IMG/VR virus record: IMGVR_UViG_3300030102_004953 | Strand: one strand, 5' to 3' | Length of the DNA: 64,000 nt | From: an uncultured virus (IMG/VR IMGVR_UViG_3300030102_004953) | Taxonomy: Duplodnaviria > Heunggongvirae > Uroviricota > Caudoviricetes | Part shown: positions 11,301 to 20,644 of the stretch, in pieces | How positions within the stretch are numbered: the stretch's first letter is position 1 | Layout: the number at the start of each line of letters is the position of its first letter | Notes under the pieces: generated by a model | Told to the model about the DNA's origin: nothing | Database searches by the model: none | The model's input: only the letters and a program-made list of their open reading frames with translations | Made by a program: the position numbers and the translations under genes

Positions 11301-11851
11301 GTTCCTTTATTATCAAAGAAAGAACCTTGCGTATCTTCTAAGTCAAATTGAGGTTCAAGTAAAAATGTTATATCTGTATCTAATTCATCTTCAGGTACAA
11401 GTAAAACTTCTTCCTCAATAGAATCAATCATCTCTTCAACTACGATAACATTTTGTTTACTTTCATCCGCTGTAAATTCACTATATAATTTTATTAACTT
11501 ATTTTGGTCGTTAACAGATAAGGTATTAGTAATCAAATATAGATTATTATTTTCTGTTAAAAGATAATGTGATAGTAAATCTAATCTAGCATTTTCAAAT
11601 TCTACATTAAAAGTTAGTGGTTTTCTTGGATTAGTTCCTTTGTAATCACCATCTTGTGCTTCTAAATCTATACCAGCTTGCTCAAAGCTATCCTCTACAA
11701 CTATAGTCTCTCTATCAAGTACCTCTACTATCCTTGAACTAAATGGTGAATAGCTAGGTATTACAGTTGTAGTTTGTCCACCAACACCTGTTTGGTTAGC
11801 AGGTCTCTCATCTATTTCTGGTTCTGGTGCTTTTCCATCAAATAGTGCCAT
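8390..11851 (-). CDS. Large baseplate wedge protein (gpI/gp7-like) with LamG-like domain
   Basis: KTKGTVKSLRSLVNIFG (gpI-like KGT motif); TVEFRF...GSMMEFRYW LamG-like segment. Confidence 0.65.
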   Translation of the reverse strand: MALFDGKAPEPEIDERPANQTGVGGQTTTVIPSYSPFSSRIVEVLDRETIVVEDSFEQAGIDLEAQDGDYKGTNPRKPLTFNVEFENARLDLLSHYLLTENNNLYLITNTLSVNDQNKLIKLYSEFTADESKQNVIVVEEMIDSIEEEVLLVPEDELDTDITFLLEPQFDLEDTQGSFFDNKGTEYKNLNELITTDTNVSNQLRTDILSASLDSADLNIDFEHYDNFTVFGSARTKLENAKYKFDKIESLSTLSASLATNSSTGSRAKELNSYHRQIREFKLGFSPYEKYLYNESSSIQSGSEFLGTSRYDASWPKTGAGTFASPYVPITSSNSAFTTWYGSVSDRTGQIYSASTYDDGNENRLVSRLPKYIREDDSNGDFLKFVDMVGEMYDEIYTYIESIPKLYETFDDSKKGYSNDLLQDIGKSFGYDLFNGKDLDDLPKYKYGQYQSGSDSAYTTYSVDSTEDMSKKIQRRLLNNIPYFLKTKGTVKSLRSLVNIFGIPSTILDIREYGGPTLPGQVQTFNIKRKFTKSLDFRGGQHIETLFDNNTLTGRKPDTVEFRFNSVSASNQNLVQALSGSDEKWGISIRDDDTTTDNVAFIDFKLSGSNGFVSMSTSTMPFYDGEFYSVMLSRESGSGGSLATDSGSKAHVTKFTLAAKKYDAGRSVINYSSEVTMSISGSASSSYNDSYSSADTVRIGNRTTNFGDYLSGSMMEFRYWATPLTMSAFNNHVSSPKSYNGNHPSASYTDLLFRLSFDDNKDLSNAANAQLQDKSADIYLTNVTGSAKGFTGNFYASVEDEDKMLVPNVGPKKESNVKVRVISSSLEDGGLSPHIPGFPAKRAEKSLLDTSPTDSQKVGIFFSPTDVIDDDIIRSVADLDFNQYIGDPRDINDVRYRKLHEIRNAYFQKYSSPNSFWDYMRLIKYFDQIIFKQIDKLMPARAKAEYGLVIKQNILERSKQKLTTSMSFEEPNFNGHIDASQYAKDATLILTGSVSDNEGIISGSTEIFNVPSVVKLNYTGSHKGYWGNTYGTASITKGGPEYVFEEVLQPQLTGSRLSAHNLEAKYFYSSSLSASLGVHNKYYAYSSSFNRSTFDTKYDQFSALANLMFEGCKQTNKTTVLNSYSSDFNPVETNDTTPLRIVSQEPGKSKLRIE

Positions 11852-12741
11852 TAGAAATATTCCTCATCTGCTTGTTGTTGTTGAATTGGTGTACCACCAC
11901 CTGTATTTTCTTCTTCTTGATTAGTATTACCTAAAGGATTTACTACATCATCTTCTTTTATATTATTAGATTCAGGTTTTATATCTGTGGTTACATTGGT
12001 TTGAGTATTAACTGTATTTGTATTAGTTGCAACACCTCGTGTTTGTGTTGTGTAACTTGTAACAAAAGCATTATCTATAGTTAATGTACCACCAACCATA
12101 CCCTCTGAAAATCCTATATCTGAATCTTGTACTGTAGCTTTTAGCTTGTATGGGTCAGATGAATCAACTGTTATGGTTCCCTCATCTGCATTACCATCAC
12201 TACTATTTGGTATGTATGTGTAAACTGGTGTATCAAATGCATTAAATGATGAAGAGTAGTTAGTTAATCCATCAGGATCTAAATCTTTAAGTGTAAGTTT
12301 TATTTCTTTTTTAGATGGGCTGATTTTAGTTACATCATAACCTAACACATCTTCACTTAGTAATCTAATATTACTTGCTTGAGGATTCGCGCCAGTATAC
12401 ATTCTCCCATCGCTACCTTGATGTGTATCACCCTCATAGATTTCACGATCACTATTTAAAAATACAGTTCTTCTTTCACCAGCTCTTCTTCGTAAAAAAT
12501 TAAGTTTTACTCTATACTTACCAGCTACATAACCTAAACTTCTTAACACTCTGCCAGGATTAAATGTAAATAATTCACCTGTTTTAAATTCGTTTACACT
12601 CTTAGTTGCTGTTTCAATAATATCACCATCATCATCTAATACAGTAACTAAAACAAAATCGTTATCATTATTTCCGAAATTTGCATACTCACTTAAATTG
12701 GAACCATATATTTGTTTACTATCTGATGAATTTAAAGGCAT
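11851..12741 (-). CDS. Putative structural protein
   Basis: 296-aa ORF tightly coupled within the baseplate operon. Confidence 0.55.
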   Translation of the reverse strand: MPLNSSDSKQIYGSNLSEYANFGNNDNDFVLVTVLDDDGDIIETATKSVNEFKTGELFTFNPGRVLRSLGYVAGKYRVKLNFLRRRAGERRTVFLNSDREIYEGDTHQGSDGRMYTGANPQASNIRLLSEDVLGYDVTKISPSKKEIKLTLKDLDPDGLTNYSSSFNAFDTPVYTYIPNSSDGNADEGTITVDSSDPYKLKATVQDSDIGFSEGMVGGTLTIDNAFVTSYTTQTRGVATNTNTVNTQTNVTTDIKPESNNIKEDDVVNPLGNTNQEEENTGGGTPIQQQQADEEYF

Positions 12742-12748
12742 CTCTTTC

Positions 12749-13771
12749 CTAATCTGCTTTTACTACTATAGGACCTGAAGAAAGTTCTCCTTGTCCTGAT
12801 GAATCCGATATTATACATTTAAATGTTCTTTTATCCATATCTTTTCTTCTATACTCTGGATTAAAAAGTATTGTGTCTGTATCAGTACCTTGAAATCTAT
12901 CACCATTAGATACCTCTTCATTATTTACAAACCAACGATAACGTATGTTTGAATCTCCAGCCGCATCAACTTTTATTTGTATTGGTTTATTAGGACCGCT
13001 TAATGTACCCTGTCCTCTTCTTTGAAATCTACTTCCAACTCTATATGGAAGTTTTACCTCACCTACCCTACCTTTAAACTTTGTTGGTGCAACAACATAT
13101 GGTTCATTCTTTGAAAACCTAAGTGTTTGATTTCCTGCATCTATTGATGCAACAGGTCTTCCTTTTGATTCCCAAGTAGCTCTATCATATGGACGGGTTG
13201 TATCTGAGAAGTTTAACATATCAGCCAAGTAAGTAGCCCATTCAGCTTCAACTTCAGCTTGAGCTGCTAGTAACTCTTCTAACTCTTGTAACTCTCTTTC
13301 TAACTTTTGTCTAATCCTATCCAACTCATCTTGTCCACCAATAAACTTTACACTTTCTTCTACTAAGTAACGATGTGAGTTTATACTACCCTCTGCATCT
13401 ATAGAAGTTTTTAATCTTTCATACTCATTAAAAAATTCTTGAACTGTTATTCCTAAACCAGGAGTTCCTATCAATTCAGAAAATTCCGTATCTATTAGCT
13501 CTGCAACTTTATCTGTATTAACAGATTGTTTTTCTAATTTTACAGGAACTATTTGGTCTACAGAATCAACACCGAATATATCTAAATCTGTATCGACAGA
13601 TAAAACAGTTCCATTCGAAGTTCTTAGTGTTTTATCACCCGAATCTCTTGAACCTGTTAAAGCGAATTTATCATATTCACTTTGTAATCTATCGATTCTT
13701 TTTTGATTTAACTTATCGAGTTTATCCTTGTATTCAGGATTATTAACTACGTCTTGATATTTTAAAGGCAT
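12749..13771 (-). CDS. Putative structural protein with coiled coil and C-terminal Ig-like domain
   Basis: YRWFVN...FQGTDTDTI...FKCIISD Ig-like pattern. Confidence 0.55.
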   Translation of the reverse strand: MPLKYQDVVNNPEYKDKLDKLNQKRIDRLQSEYDKFALTGSRDSGDKTLRTSNGTVLSVDTDLDIFGVDSVDQIVPVKLEKQSVNTDKVAELIDTEFSELIGTPGLGITVQEFFNEYERLKTSIDAEGSINSHRYLVEESVKFIGGQDELDRIRQKLERELQELEELLAAQAEVEAEWATYLADMLNFSDTTRPYDRATWESKGRPVASIDAGNQTLRFSKNEPYVVAPTKFKGRVGEVKLPYRVGSRFQRRGQGTLSGPNKPIQIKVDAAGDSNIRYRWFVNNEEVSNGDRFQGTDTDTILFNPEYRRKDMDKRTFKCIISDSSGQGELSSGPIVVKAD

Positions 13772-14922
13772 TATCTACTCACTTTAAACGTAAAGTCTTT
13801 ATCAGATATAACATCGTGTTCATCAGAAGTACTCTGACTTACAGTAGCTTTAAATTGTAATTTATATACTCTCTCTGGTTGAAAAGCGTTAAGATTTAGA
13901 TTAAAGAAGTTTCCATCTACATCACAACTTAATTTTGAACCACTACCAAAAGGAACTAATACTTCTTCAGTATCAGCATCTCTTACTGAGTAGAATGAAC
14001 TACCACTTGGTAAATACTTTACACCTAATTGTGTTGGTGTAGTTGCAAAAGATTTAATAGGATATCTCTCTCTACCTACCACTCTAATTTTTGTTTTTGA
14101 ATTCTCTTTATATTCAGGTCTTAAATTTTTTGTGTAAAATACCATATCATCAAAATCAGAGCCTGTTATTGGTTGTAAAGTTCCTGAATTCCAAGAACTA
14201 TCATCCCACTCTACTTCTAATCTTGGTGAGTAAATAGTATTTGTATCACGTGAGAAGAAACTGAAGTTACCTAATTGAGTTGAACTACCCTCATCATCGG
14301 TTGTGTTTTTATTACCTAAACTTCCACTTCTTTTTATAAGAAATCCGTTGTTAGGGTATAACGAACCACTTGTTAATAAAGCGTTCATAATATCAGTTAC
14401 ATCCATTCTCATATCTTCACTTGTATGGTCAAATGAATGTGATGCTACTAAAAATCTTGTACCACCCTCTTCATCAGTAAAACTACCACTAGACCAAGGT
14501 GCGCCTGAACTACTTAAACTACCAGATAACCAATACTCATCTGTGCTCTCACCATTTCTATACTTCCAACTAGCACCATCTTTTATTTGTGGGTCGGAAT
14601 TAAATTCACCAGTTCCACCTGTAAAACTACCACTTACAGGATAAGCATATAAAGTATCTGAAGTAGTTAGTTCCGTAGGATTAGCATCATACATATTAAG
14701 GTAAAACTTCATACTACTTGACGGATTAGGCATTGTTCCATTGACAATAGAAGAACTAATGTAAGTTAAATCAAACTTTATTAAAATACGAGATACGTTT
14801 ACAGTATCACCCGTAGGACTTACATCCTTTCTAACTTCTAATACTGCATCTAAGCCAGTATTTAAAGATTGACTAGCTTGATATAGTGTTGTATCTACTG
14901 ATGGATATTCAAAATAATGCAT
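13771..14922 (-). CDS. Structural protein, DNRLRE/carbohydrate-binding-like fold
   Basis: DTTLY..., SRILIKFD, NNGFLIK, FFSRD...PRLEVEW pattern. Confidence 0.6.
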   Translation of the reverse strand: MHYFEYPSVDTTLYQASQSLNTGLDAVLEVRKDVSPTGDTVNVSRILIKFDLTYISSSIVNGTMPNPSSSMKFYLNMYDANPTELTTSDTLYAYPVSGSFTGGTGEFNSDPQIKDGASWKYRNGESTDEYWLSGSLSSSGAPWSSGSFTDEEGGTRFLVASHSFDHTSEDMRMDVTDIMNALLTSGSLYPNNGFLIKRSGSLGNKNTTDDEGSSTQLGNFSFFSRDTNTIYSPRLEVEWDDSSWNSGTLQPITGSDFDDMVFYTKNLRPEYKENSKTKIRVVGRERYPIKSFATTPTQLGVKYLPSGSSFYSVRDADTEEVLVPFGSGSKLSCDVDGNFFNLNLNAFQPERVYKLQFKATVSQSTSDEHDVISDKDFTFKVSR

Positions 14923-14923
14923 T

Positions 14924-15508
14924 CTAACCTCCTACCGTACCAACTACTTTTCCTTGAATATCTGTATCAGGATATTTCAGTTCGAAGATTGCTGGGTCTA
15001 ATGATGGATGATACACTCCGTTGTAGTAAGCATTATCCATATCGTAAAAATTACCTGAGTAACCATCTGCACTTCTGTACTTGTTTGTAATAATAATTTG
15101 TGGCTTATCAGCTGGATTAGCAGTTGCTGGAACTGCATCATCAGGTGTTACTACAGCGGCTACACCATTTACAACTGATAACTGATAAACTAAATCAGAA
15201 ACAATTATAGGTTGATTTATTTGCCATCTATCTATATTAAAGAAATCTTTTACTTTATCTATACATCTAAGTAAAACTTCACTCTTGTTGAATTGTGGTA
15301 AAGTCATTATAGAAAACTTTACTCCAATATTAATCACGTAAGCTGGTTTTATATTGATAGCATCCGTTACCATTCTATACTGTCCTAAGTAAGTTTGTAA
15401 GTTTTCCTTAGTGGCAAGATTAGGTGCTGTTAAGTTCTTATTGTTATCGTAACTAAGAACGTATAAGTTTAGTGATAATGGGTTTCTGTTATTTGCGCTT
15501 TCAGCCAT
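14924..15508 (-). CDS. Baseplate wedge gp6/J-like protein, C-terminal part
   Basis: TDAINIKPAYVINIGV...V.GV...IFELKYP; own RBS (AGGA). Confidence 0.7.
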   Translation of the reverse strand: MAESANNRNPLSLNLYVLSYDNNKNLTAPNLATKENLQTYLGQYRMVTDAINIKPAYVINIGVKFSIMTLPQFNKSEVLLRCIDKVKDFFNIDRWQINQPIIVSDLVYQLSVVNGVAAVVTPDDAVPATANPADKPQIIITNKYRSADGYSGNFYDMDNAYYNGVYHPSLDPAIFELKYPDTDIQGKVVGTVGG

Positions 15509-15517
15509 AATTTTTCC

Positions 15518-16984
15518 TTAACCATAAGTTTGTGTTTCAGCAGTTCCACCTGTAGTTGTACCTGATGTACCTTCACTATCGGCGCCTGTATCATCAACAC
15601 TTAATTCAGCAACATCATTTAAGTAATCATCTTGAACAACATATACTTTTGCAATACTTCCAAATCTTGATGGCATCGTTAGTGAACGAACCATATAATC
15701 ATTTTTAGTTACAGCTCTGTTTTGTGTTTGGAAATTAGCAGCTGCGTTACTTTTTATTTCTCTTAAACTTTCAGCATTTTTTCCACCAACAGCAGCTTCA
15801 CGATTATTAACTCGTATAGAAGCCAAAGTTTCATTTACTAACGCAGATGTTAAAGTAGATGAATTTGGAATCGAATCAACTTTGCTTGTAATTTTTGTTA
15901 ATTGATTTTGTCCTACATTATCATTCTGACTAGCACCATATGCGTAAGTAAAAGTTAGATTAGTGTTAGCTGGTGCTAATCCATATGTACGTGTTTTAAG
16001 AAAGTTTGTTGGGTCAAACGTAGTATCTAACTTACTAACACCAGTTGATAAACTTGAACCAACATTATCTGGATTTGGTATAATCTCTTCATCAGGATTA
16101 TCTGATATACCTGAACCAAACCTTATTTCCATTCTATTATCATCTCGTAGGTACGTTACAAATCTTCTTGGTGTTCTTCTTAGTTTCATCAAGTATGGTG
16201 TATCACCTGAATATGCTTGTAAATCAGGCGAATTAGTAGAATTGTTTTCCATTTGGTCTACGATCGTATCCTGTCCTAAAGACATAACTTCATACCAACT
16301 ATTACCATCACTATCCGTACAAGAAATAACTTCGTTTACATTTGGTTCTGCTAATACAGTTGAATCAAATTGTTTTGAAGTTCCAAAAGTTATTACATCT
16401 TGTTTTACTAATCCACTAACTGCATCAACTCTTTTTCTTAATAAAAATTTTGTAGGTGTTCCACTTGAATCTTCTTCGTATACCTCATAATATGTTTGGT
16501 CTAATGAACTTGAAACAGCAAAGTTTACTGGTTCAGTAGTTCTAAATGTTGCGGTGTTACCAGCAGTACTTACTCTCATTCCAGCATTTATTATAGGTGA
16601 GTAACTAAAATTAGGTCTTGCCGCTGCGCCTACACCTTGTGATGGTACAGTTGCATAGACATCTAATTTAACCGAAGCTGGTGTTCCTGTTTTTGGTGTG
16701 TATCCTAATGATTGTGCGATATCATATACTGCCTTAGTTTCTTCAGCATATGCTAATATAGTTTCTTTAAAAGTGTTATCCACATAGTAAGATAATACAT
16801 CACCTACATATGATGCCATTTCAACAAACATCATACCAATAGAACTATCACTAAAATCTGTATAAGTGTTTGGAAAATATGTTTTAGCAAATTCTATTAA
16901 ACTATTTCTAAACTGAGAAAAATCTTTATTTAGATACTGAACTTCTCTTTTTACATCTTTTTTTATATTTGTTGATTCAGCCAT
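15518..16984 (-). CDS. Baseplate wedge gp6/J-like protein, N-terminal part
   Basis: DFSQFRNSLIEF...ASYVGDVLSYY...AQSLGY; GG...ES...QNRAVTKNDY. Confidence 0.85.
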   Translation of the reverse strand: MAESTNIKKDVKREVQYLNKDFSQFRNSLIEFAKTYFPNTYTDFSDSSIGMMFVEMASYVGDVLSYYVDNTFKETILAYAEETKAVYDIAQSLGYTPKTGTPASVKLDVYATVPSQGVGAAARPNFSYSPIINAGMRVSTAGNTATFRTTEPVNFAVSSSLDQTYYEVYEEDSSGTPTKFLLRKRVDAVSGLVKQDVITFGTSKQFDSTVLAEPNVNEVISCTDSDGNSWYEVMSLGQDTIVDQMENNSTNSPDLQAYSGDTPYLMKLRRTPRRFVTYLRDDNRMEIRFGSGISDNPDEEIIPNPDNVGSSLSTGVSKLDTTFDPTNFLKTRTYGLAPANTNLTFTYAYGASQNDNVGQNQLTKITSKVDSIPNSSTLTSALVNETLASIRVNNREAAVGGKNAESLREIKSNAAANFQTQNRAVTKNDYMVRSLTMPSRFGSIAKVYVVQDDYLNDVAELSVDDTGADSEGTSGTTTGGTAETQTYG

Positions 16985-16986
16985 TC

Positions 16987-17445
16987 CTAGTCTCCATATT
17001 GATTATCTCGGGCATTTTCATTACTATTTGTTTCTGTCATAGTACCATCACCCATTACAGTAAAATTTAAATTCTGAGGGTTTGCGAAATCTGCAGAAAA
17101 ATCTACACTAACTTTTATAGCGTTTTCAATCTCTGATTCTGAAACTGAAAGTGAAGTTACTACAACGTTAGGTAGATATGTTTCTATAGCCTCACGAATT
17201 GTTCTGTCTGCTTCAATTTCTATTTGTGGGTCACCTATATTATATTCAAATACTAACTTAGTTAAATCAGAACCAAACTCTAAATCATAGTCTTTTTCAC
17301 CCTTTTGAGTGTAAAGCAAATGTCTAACGTTATCTTTTATTTGCCTACCATACTCAAAGTTTTCTTGAAACGTTTTACCACCAAATGTTAGTGGGTAAGC
17401 CATTCCAAATGGGATTCCTTTAGCCTGATTTTTTAGTATGCTCAT
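16987..17445 (-). CDS. Baseplate gp25/gpW-like protein
   Basis: LLYTQKGE...FGSDL..LVFE...AIETYLP motif. Confidence 0.85.
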   Translation of the reverse strand: MSILKNQAKGIPFGMAYPLTFGGKTFQENFEYGRQIKDNVRHLLYTQKGEKDYDLEFGSDLTKLVFEYNIGDPQIEIEADRTIREAIETYLPNVVVTSLSVSESEIENAIKVSVDFSADFANPQNLNFTVMGDGTMTETNSNENARDNQYGD

Positions 17446-17897
17446 TATTTTTTCTTATTAATATGTTTCATTAAGTCGCTGTAATCTCTCGTTAGTGCGT
17501 TCATAACACCATCAGGAACAGAATTGGGATCTACACCAGCTTTTTTAGCAGTATCTATACCAACCATATCTCGTTTGACTTCTTTACCACTACCATATCC
17601 AAGCATCTCAGCCATTCTACTACTATCGAAAGGTTTACCACCCATTGTTGGATATTCATCCGTTTCCGAAGATTTTGAGCTTAACCCAACTGTTTCATTT
17701 AAAACTTCATTTAGAGATTTATTCTTAGTGTACTGCTTCTTCTCTACTTGTTTTACCTGTTTTTTGGGTTTAACTTCTTTTGATAATTCAACTAAATTTA
17801 CTTTTTCTTTATCGTTAATAAATATTTCGTTTAGTTGGTTTTTGATTTCTTCTGATACGATTTTTCTTATTACAGCTTTTAATCTCTTAGCAGTCAT
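17445..17897 (-). CDS. Hypothetical protein
   Basis: 150-aa ORF coupled to the gp25-like gene. Confidence 0.6.
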   Translation of the reverse strand: MTAKRLKAVIRKIVSEEIKNQLNEIFINDKEKVNLVELSKEVKPKKQVKQVEKKQYTKNKSLNEVLNETVGLSSKSSETDEYPTMGGKPFDSSRMAEMLGYGSGKEVKRDMVGIDTAKKAGVDPNSVPDGVMNALTRDYSDLMKHINKKK

Positions 17898-17908
17898 AAT
17901 AATACCTC

Positions 17909-18562
17909 TTAGTTTGCTTTTTGTTCTTTTCTAGCTCTTATCTCTCTAGCTTGTCTACGAAGATTATATCTCTTCAATATACTATCAGTTGGAGCATCAG
18001 CTATAAATGGGTCTGATTGTGCCCATTGTGGTAGTTGACTTAGAATTTCATCTCTATAATCATCTCTACCTCTATTTACTTCATTTATTAATTTACTGAG
18101 TTGTTCTTTATACTCTTGTATATCCTCTTTAATTAATTCTTTTTGTTTTTTAGCAACTTTTTCTATATACTCAGCTTCATCCTTTGATTTTTCAATAAAT
18201 GCTTGTGTTTTAGCTGCCAAAAAAGCATTAAAGCCAGGACCAGCTGCTGAAGCATTAGCTGCAGCCTCTGATGCTGTAAATCCTGCTTTTATTTTTTTAA
18301 GTGCACTTATTATTCTATCAAGTGTACTAACACTATCTTCAGTTTTTTCTAAATTTTCTTTTTTCTCTTTTAACTTTGCTAGTTTTTCTCTAAACTTTTT
18401 TACATCTTCTTTAGATTTTTCACTAGCGTAAATTCTTTCTAAGTTATCCTGTTTTAACTCTAGTTGCTTTCTTTTTAAATCTGCTGTTTCTGTAGTAACA
18501 TAAGTTTGTATCTTTTTACTAAATAGTTCAATCAGATAAACAAATGGATTTCTACTAGCCAT
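17909..18562 (-). CDS. Coiled-coil hypothetical protein
   Basis: 217-aa K/E-rich ORF in the operon. Confidence 0.55.
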   Translation of the reverse strand: MASRNPFVYLIELFSKKIQTYVTTETADLKRKQLELKQDNLERIYASEKSKEDVKKFREKLAKLKEKKENLEKTEDSVSTLDRIISALKKIKAGFTASEAAANASAAGPGFNAFLAAKTQAFIEKSKDEAEYIEKVAKKQKELIKEDIQEYKEQLSKLINEVNRGRDDYRDEILSQLPQWAQSDPFIADAPTDSILKRYNLRRQAREIRARKEQKAN

Positions 18563-18564
18563 AA

Positions 18565-19827
18565 TTAACTCGTAAAGTTTCTATTAGATAATGCATCTTC
18601 TAAAAATGGTAACACACCACTATCTATTTGTTCTCTTAATTTAGTAGCAGCCATTTCTAATTCTAAAATACTATTATTTGGATTGGGTGCAGTTACATCA
18701 GTTAATCTATTTGCAAATACTTTTAAAGATATTAACAAGGTTTTAAAAACTTCCATAAATATATCACCCTTAACCAAACGTTGAGATGCAGTTCTATCTC
18801 CTAAGTTAACTATAGGTGCTTCCAAGTTTACCCTATCACCAGCAGTTAAATTAATGTTTTGATTTCCAAACAAATGTACATCGTTTACTCTAGCATTTAA
18901 AACTACGTTATCAGAACTTCCTATTATTTGTGCACCACTAAAAAATTCTCTATTAGATAAAATTCTACCTGGCGCAACTTTAGATATTAAATCAACTGAT
19001 AAATCAATAGTTTCATTCTCAGTAAAATACAAAGAGCTAGCATCAGTATTTATATTTTGCTCTACTATTGCGTTAGGTGATTCTTCTATTTTTTGTAGAA
19101 TCTTTAAATCTGTTTCATTATGTAATTGTCCTGTAGATATTTTTATATTAGAAGAAAACTCACTATTTTTTTGGTCACTACTAAAACGTATTACATTTCC
19201 GAATCTACCTTGTAGAAGAGTATCACCAGGATTTAATTTAGTATTTTGTATTTTTATAGGCGTAAATATTTTTTCAGAATCAAATTCTCTTGATTCACTT
19301 TCAGGTGTTGGTGAAGAAACGTTACCTAAAGTTTCTTCAATTTTTTTATAATAATCTAGTCGGATATTAGTATCTTGTTCTTCTGTACCTAAACTACTTA
19401 ATCCAAAATCTCTAACATTTATATTAGGATTTTTAAGTCTATTAACTACATCACAATAGTAAGGTTCATTTAAATATTCAACACATAATACTGTTTCACC
19501 AATCAATGGCATTTTTAAATTTGATGGTGATATCGGAAAACGCCAAGGTAAATTCTTTTCATCGACATCTTGTTCACTTGTAAATTGTCTAGCTTTTATA
19601 GCACCATAATACTCATAGTCTGGTAATGTGGTTCCATCTATTGTTGGTAAATCTTCTTCATTGGTTAATACTTTAACAACTTCAGCTGCTTCTATTTCAT
19701 AAAACTTTTGATTTGCTAAAAAAGAAAATTCACTTTTTATTATACTACTTAGAGATTCTTGAGTAACAAGGGATGCATCAAACCTATTTAACTGACTATC
19801 TTCTGCGCTTTGATTAAAATATGCCAT
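18565..19827 (-). CDS. Baseplate hub/central spike (gp5/gpV-like) protein
   Basis: OB-fold-like PLIGETVL, GDTLLQGRFGNVIRF, C-terminal beta-helix-like repeats; no lysozyme domain evident. Confidence 0.6.
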   Translation of the reverse strand: MAYFNQSAEDSQLNRFDASLVTQESLSSIIKSEFSFLANQKFYEIEAAEVVKVLTNEEDLPTIDGTTLPDYEYYGAIKARQFTSEQDVDEKNLPWRFPISPSNLKMPLIGETVLCVEYLNEPYYCDVVNRLKNPNINVRDFGLSSLGTEEQDTNIRLDYYKKIEETLGNVSSPTPESESREFDSEKIFTPIKIQNTKLNPGDTLLQGRFGNVIRFSSDQKNSEFSSNIKISTGQLHNETDLKILQKIEESPNAIVEQNINTDASSLYFTENETIDLSVDLISKVAPGRILSNREFFSGAQIIGSSDNVVLNARVNDVHLFGNQNINLTAGDRVNLEAPIVNLGDRTASQRLVKGDIFMEVFKTLLISLKVFANRLTDVTAPNPNNSILELEMAATKLREQIDSGVLPFLEDALSNRNFTS

Positions 19828-20231
19828 TAATTTCCTTTAGAACTACTAAATGAATGTTCTGATTTTTCTACTACTTCATCTACAATATTCTGAGTATCTT
19901 CTACTACCTCTTGTATACTTCCCATTAATTGTTCTTTTTCTGCTTCACTTAATCCGAATTCATCCTCTGAACCACCTTTGTTTTCTGCAGCCATAATACG
20001 TTGTACGATAGAAGCTATCTTAACAAGTTGGTCATCATTCTTAACATTGATTTCAAGATACTCTTTTAACATAGGTACGATTTGTACAGCAGTATCACCA
20101 TCTTTTATGAATGTAACAAGCTCTCTTGTTAATACATCAAGTTGTTTTCTGTTTTTGTCTGTATTTTCGTAGATATCTTCAAAAAGGGAAGATAGGGTTT
20201 TTCCTTTAAAAATTTCGTAATCGTTGCTCAT
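19827..20231 (-). CDS. Hypothetical protein
   Basis: Start probably MSNDYEIF (AGGA upstream); TATTTAT motif nearby. Confidence 0.6.
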   Translation of the reverse strand: MSNDYEIFKGKTLSSLFEDIYENTDKNRKQLDVLTRELVTFIKDGDTAVQIVPMLKEYLEINVKNDDQLVKIASIVQRIMAAENKGGSEDEFGLSEAEKEQLMGSIQEVVEDTQNIVDEVVEKSEHSFSSSKGN

Positions 20232-20370
20232 AATATGTCCTATTGATAAATATGTTGAACTCAAATAACCTATGTATATAAATAAATATAAGTTAACTTT
20301 ATAAATTTAAATTAATAGTTATTAAGTACGGGACTATAATCCCTTTTTAATAACCAACAGGAGATACTCG

Positions 20371-20595
20371 ATGAAGGAAGTCGTAGCAATGGTCAGAGGA
20401 TGGATGGATGATGTTACCCATCTTCTACTATCCTTTGTAGCTATCGGTGCTGTTTCTGAAGTAATATTTGGAACTGGCGTCTTTGGTGTAAATGTTGTAG
20501 GAAACCTAACAGGATTAATCAACCAATTCGGCGAATCAGGATTTGCAGGATTAGTTGCATTACTAGTGTTAGTAGGTTTATTCCGAAAATCGTAG
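20371..20595 (+). CDS. Small membrane protein
   Basis: Strong AGGAGA RBS, hydrophobic helices, ends at a bidirectional terminator. Confidence 0.8.
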   Translation: MKEVVAMVRGWMDDVTHLLLSFVAIGAVSEVIFGTGVFGVNVVGNLTGLINQFGESGFAGLVALLVLVGLFRKS

Positions 20596-20614
20596 GTTCA
20601 ACTCCAGTGAGTGT

Positions 20615-20644
20615 AAAAGGGGGGATTTATTCCCCCCTTTTTTT
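20615..20644. terminator. Bidirectional intrinsic terminator
   Basis: AAAAGGGGGG-ATTTATT-CCCCCCTTTTTTT between convergent genes. Confidence 0.85.
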
